DNA from: the human T2T-CHM13v2.0 reference genome, Homo sapiens | Direction: 5' to 3' (one strand) | Length of the DNA: 64,000 nucleotides | NCBI RefSeq assembly: GCF_009914755.1 | Contig: NC_060933.1 | Part shown: positions 57,260-64,000 of the stretch, piece after piece | Position numbering within the stretch: position 1 is the stretch's first letter | Layout: the number at the start of each line of letters is the position of its first letter | The notes under the pieces: generated by a model | The model's database searches: none | What the model was told of the DNA's origin: nothing | What the model saw: the letters and a program-made list of their open reading frames with translations, nothing else | Made by a program: the position numbers and the translations under genes

Positions 57260-59940
57260 ATCTCCACAAGGCATCTTGTGGGCAAAGTCTTTCTGGCCTG
57301 TTTGCTTTCCATTCGCCGGTTCATCCCTCTGCCCCTGCCCGCGGCCGCCCGAGAGGGAAAGAGGATTCCTGCGGGCCTCGCCCGTCATCTTGCACCGCGT
57401 CCACCCGCCTTCGTTGGTGCACAGTCTAGATGTCTAGCTAGTTCGTTAAGCTAATTTTATGTTAATGGCTCTGTATGATTTGACAGCTTGACTTGAGAGC
57501 CGTGGTTGGGCTCAGCTCCCCTTCCCTGTCACAGTCAGGCATCTGTAAGTGAGAAGTCAGTATGGGAGTGTCATCGGATGGAGCTGGGAGATGCATTGAA
57601 GGGCGTGCGGCGGGTCAGCAGACTTCTGCGACTGACTGGGCAGCCCCTTGCCCTCCGCCCGCTCCCCTTCCCTGCGTGCCCATGCACACACATTCGCCTG
57701 CAAATGTAGGTGGGCTGCCCTAGGCGCGGTGTGCTTCCCTGACTGTTGCTGCCTGCATCCCCCACCTCCTTGTCCCCAGCCTCACCTGTGGCTGTGGTGG
57801 TGGTGCTTTCTCGCTCTTAGCCCCGTGCCCACGGTGGGACACCAGATCGCCAGGAGGGCTGGGAAGCATCAGCACACGTGCTCGTTATGTCCTGTCCTTT
57901 CATGAAGAAACAAATGGGGCGTCCTTCCCCAGAGGTGTTAAGTTACAGTCCTGTGGTCTTAGGACTCGTGGCGACAGTGTGGGCCTCAGACTTGGAAGGG
58001 CATTAAGTAATAGCATCAGCCCTCGCCTTTTTTTTTCCTTCTGTCCCGTTGGTTGGGGTGACTGGCATTGAGCAGTGTCTGCTTTCACGTCTGAGGGGCC
58101 CTGCCTTCGCCCTCAGGCTTTCTGTGCGGGTCTCTACTTAGATATAGAGACCTGTTTCCATCCTGAACGGGGCTTGCTGGGCTGTGCCTGGCCAATACCG
58201 GCCCCTTGTCTGTACTCCAAGCTTCTGACAGGAGGGGAAAAAAGCAGCTGTGGCTCCTTCAGGCCGAAAAGGGGTGTGGAGAGCAGCCCATCTGCGGCCA
58301 TGGCAGGCCTGTTGAGAGCCGGAAGACAAAAAGGAGATGTGGCATTTTTAACTGCACCTCTAGAGAATCGAGTTTGACGTTGAGAAATTGAATAGTAAAA
58401 GGCACTTGGAAAGTGGGGGGAGGGGGCCGAGTGGGAGGAGGGCGTAAACGCTGATGACGGTAATGGGAATTCGGGAGAGGGCATTACAGAGAAGACTTCC
58501 TTCTAATTCATCTTCCAAGCTCTGTGCCAAAACAGCATTTGGCATGGTTCACAGGGAGCGATTGTGTGATAATGAACCCTAAGGTGTCCCTTAATTGAAG
58601 ACTGAGCATTGTGGTTTGTGCCAAGAGTCATAAATGGCGCAGGCTTGCGGAGGATGCATTTTCTTAAATGTATCGGTAAGTACAGATTAGCGCTTGTCCC
58701 CAGTGAAATGCCCATACTATAAATTATGGAAATCTCTCTTTCTCTCTGATGCAATCTTTTATTGGGGGGAGGGGGTGTGGTACGACAGGAGGCGGGGGGG
58801 GAAAGTTTGCAAGCATATGAAATTTGGCCTCTCATTAACATGGCGCCCAAGGAAGATGATTTTCATCAGCAGTCTGGTGTACTGGAGGCTAAAGTGCTTG
58901 AAATGTACCAAGTTCAGCGGTTGTGTTCCATTAAGAAAGATGCATGGTCATCACTGTAAGGGCGGTCGGGGTCCGGGAGGCGGGGCGGGCGCTTGCCCAG
59001 TCTGTCTTCTGAATGCATGCCCCACCCCCACCCGCCACCGCCCATGCCTACTGGGTCTCTGCCAGCCTCCCAAGTTCAGGATCCATCAAGGACCCTGCTG
59101 AGCCGATCCCAGCCCCACCCAGAAGTTTGGGCTGGGGTTGAGGAGTTCTCAGCCAGCGGGCCTCAATCAGTACCCCTGGCCTCCCATCAGATAGGAGGCA
59201 CCATCTTTCCAGGGTCACTCGACAGTGGTGACCACCCATGATGTCCCAGAGCCCCCAAGGTAGGGTCGGCTGGGGCACAGATGGCACAGTGCAGTGCCTG
59301 GTCCATGAGAACGTGGGTCACCCCAGAGCCGCAGCTTCTAGCTGGCTACAGCCCCACTCTCTCCCAGCCCCACTTCTGGTCCACTAGGGCCCAGCTGGGG
59401 TTTTTTAAGATGGGCTGAAGCAAATGGGCCTGATAGATGCTTAGAGATTAATGGCCAGAAAGTGGCTTGACACTCAATTCCGCAGGGGGCTGCAGGCCCT
59501 GGGTCTGTGTCTTGGGTAGGGTGGAAGGGGAAGCAAAGACAACCCTCACTGCCCTTGAAACAATGGTCATCTTGGCTGTCCTTTGTCTTGAAGGTGTTTC
59601 TGTAGCATCTACCAAGGGGGTCCTGGCCCTTTCCAGGTACCTGCTTCCAAGGTGGTCTCTGCACCCTGGGAGGTAGAAAGGCCTAATCTCCCCATTTCAC
59701 AGAAGAGGGCTCAGAGTCAAAGGCTGAGACCTGCCTTTATTCACACGGGCATGGAGGGGCCAGTTCTGTGCCAGGTTCTATGCTGCACTCCGTCTGGGGC
59801 TTCAGAGGAGAGCGTGACCACCGCCTCCTGGGGGCGCACTGTCTTTTGTAGTCACCACCAAGGGAGATGGTTGGCAGGATGGGAGAAGATCTTGAAAGTT
59901 AGGGTTGAGTACCAACTTGGCCAGCCCTGGAAGTGCACTA

Positions 59941-61406
<1,466 letters not shown>

Positions 61407-61458
61407 GCTCTTACTTTCCTATAAGGAAAATCCGACTCTTATCCCATTTTGGAGATGA

Positions 61459-64000
<2,542 letters not shown>

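Larger units (their letters stand above)
55960..57285 (+). other. FUBP3: FUBP3 3'UTR (AU/U-rich; 3' end approximate)
   Basis: Abrupt switch to AT-rich sequence after the stop, many TGTA and U-runs, ending shortly after AATAAA at 57254. Confidence 0.85.

Noticed and set aside
55960-57285. Individual miRNA seed matches in the 3'UTR (e.g. CAGTATT, TGTTTAC)
   Set aside because: 7-mers are expected by chance in AU-rich sequence and cannot be assessed without conservation data

Overview
This is human (primate) genomic DNA with abundant Alus. It carries most of FUBP3 (far upstream element-binding protein 3) on the + strand. I walked 18 coding exons (exons 2-19, 14417-55959) with canonical AG/GT boundaries. 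They join into one open frame of 1635 nt (544 aa plus TAG) containing four KH GxxG loops, an RGRGRGRG tract and two tyrosine-rich YM motifs; exon 1 lies upstream of the window. An AU-rich 3'UTR of about 1.3 kb follows, with poly(A) signals at 56903 and 57254. The mirtron MIR6856 sits at the exon 12 acceptor. Repeats include about 40 Alus (dense at 1-26 kb, 40-44 kb and 60-64 kb), L1/L2/L3/MIR fragments and DNA transposon relics (MER58A, MER44A, MER30, MER3, MER82). Most ORFs in the supplied track are Alu or chance frames. I found no convincing new multi-gene system. The best leads are all unverified inferences: (i) the last-exon acceptor CAG-GAG-CAG-TAG, where skipping the stop gives a 38-aa extension ending in a CaaX box (CFVL); (ii) a 16-nt poison microexon candidate in intron 2; (iii) tiny poly(A)-tailed retro-insertions of ERV-LTR RNA fragments; (iv) hairpin-assisted 3' splice-site choice at the mirtron. 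Gene and repeat-family names come from recognition and were not confirmed by a database search.
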